This document shows, one piece after another, positions 63,057 through 64,000 of a DNA stretch of 64,000 nucleotides (its first letter is position 1; every line of letters starts with the position of its first letter). The notes under the pieces are model-generated. The model worked only from the letters and a program-made list of their open reading frames with translations. It ran no database searches and was not told where the DNA came from. The DNA lies in contig CM120648.1 in NCBI GenBank assembly GCA_051362555.1, positions 13,884,587-13,948,586 of the forward strand, in the 5' to 3' direction. This stretch comes from Lingula anatina. Taxonomy: Eukaryota > Animalia > Brachiopoda. Position numbers and translations under genes: made by a program.

Positions 63057-64000
63057 CTAAGATTCATCTGAGGAACTCTGCTGCGGCGCCTGGGCTGCTT
63101 CTCTCTCTGTGAAGAGAATAGAAAAAAAATTTAAAAACTCACACTTAATCTAATAAAACATACAAAATTCACCGTTAATATCATATGTTATTTCACTGAT
63201 ATGCAAAATAAAAAACGGCTAAGAAGACAACTGAAACCAAGCTTAAGGAATCTAGCATGATACTGATCCACGTTTCTCTAACTATTATTTTTTCTATTTG
63301 CGATGTGAAATGTTCTAAACTTTATGAGGTCAGGGACAGACAGGTTAGTTTTGTACGCTCCATTCTGGCCGCAACGAATCAACAATCCATGTTTCTCTAT
63401 CGTATTATTGAACCGTTGGTTTCAGTTGTCTTCTAATGACTTATTTCCTAGTTCGCATCCAATCCACCCGCGCTTATTCGTAATGTTGCATATAAAAATG
63501 AAGTTGTTAATGTATACTTTGAAATGTAGACGAAATAATGTAATTATTTTCCAGGGAAGTGGTTACTCTGCTAAATATATTACCCTTCTTCTTCTCCAGC
63601 CTCCTCCTCCTACCCCCATCCCTGTCACTTACATGTATTTTAAGAAGAATAATGTACTAAATTCCAGAAGAGAGTCGCAGGCAAGAAGTAGGCTAAATTA
63701 ATTTCTTAGTTGTTTACTACTTAATCCATTGATAGTGATGATATAAGTTAAACTACTGCATCTTACCATGGCAATGACACACTGAAGCACTTTAACTATA
63801 TACACACATACCTTTCAAGTGTATTTTCTTGTGAGGATTGACTGCTCAACACAGGCGACAAATAGGTAGTAATGCATGATGGAAGACTATAAGAGAAATA
63901 TGAGATACATATTAAGTGTGGCTTTGTAATGTGCACAAAATGTCTTGTCTAATTATGAGCCTAAACCAAAAAAGAAACATTATTATATCATACCCTGTGG

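Overview
This is AT-rich eukaryotic (animal, probably marine invertebrate) genomic DNA, mostly decayed and nested transposable elements. One apparently intact spliced gene can be reconstructed on the minus strand: a six-exon C2H2 zinc-finger gene at 60042-56226 (about 686 aa, all intron phases consistent). A second C2H2 array at about 19.8-20.6 kb looks pseudogenised. Mobile DNA includes a full-length but broken Tc1 (DD34E) element, three hAT-like elements with 5-bp target duplications, and piggyBac, pogo, MULE, Kolobok-like, Ngaro/DIRS, Tx1/L1 and other LINE fragments. There are also several MITEs and Helentron-type non-autonomous elements, one carrying a 146-bp satellite with dimeric higher-order structure. 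No rRNA, intact tRNA or CRISPR array is evident, and I did not find a clear-cut novel system. The best leads are the ribbon-helix-helix-like module in the zinc-finger gene, the Kolobok-like/PML-like exonuclease region, the 5-bp-TSD hAT family and a Penelope-type hammerhead motif. Family assignments come from motif recognition by eye, not database searches.
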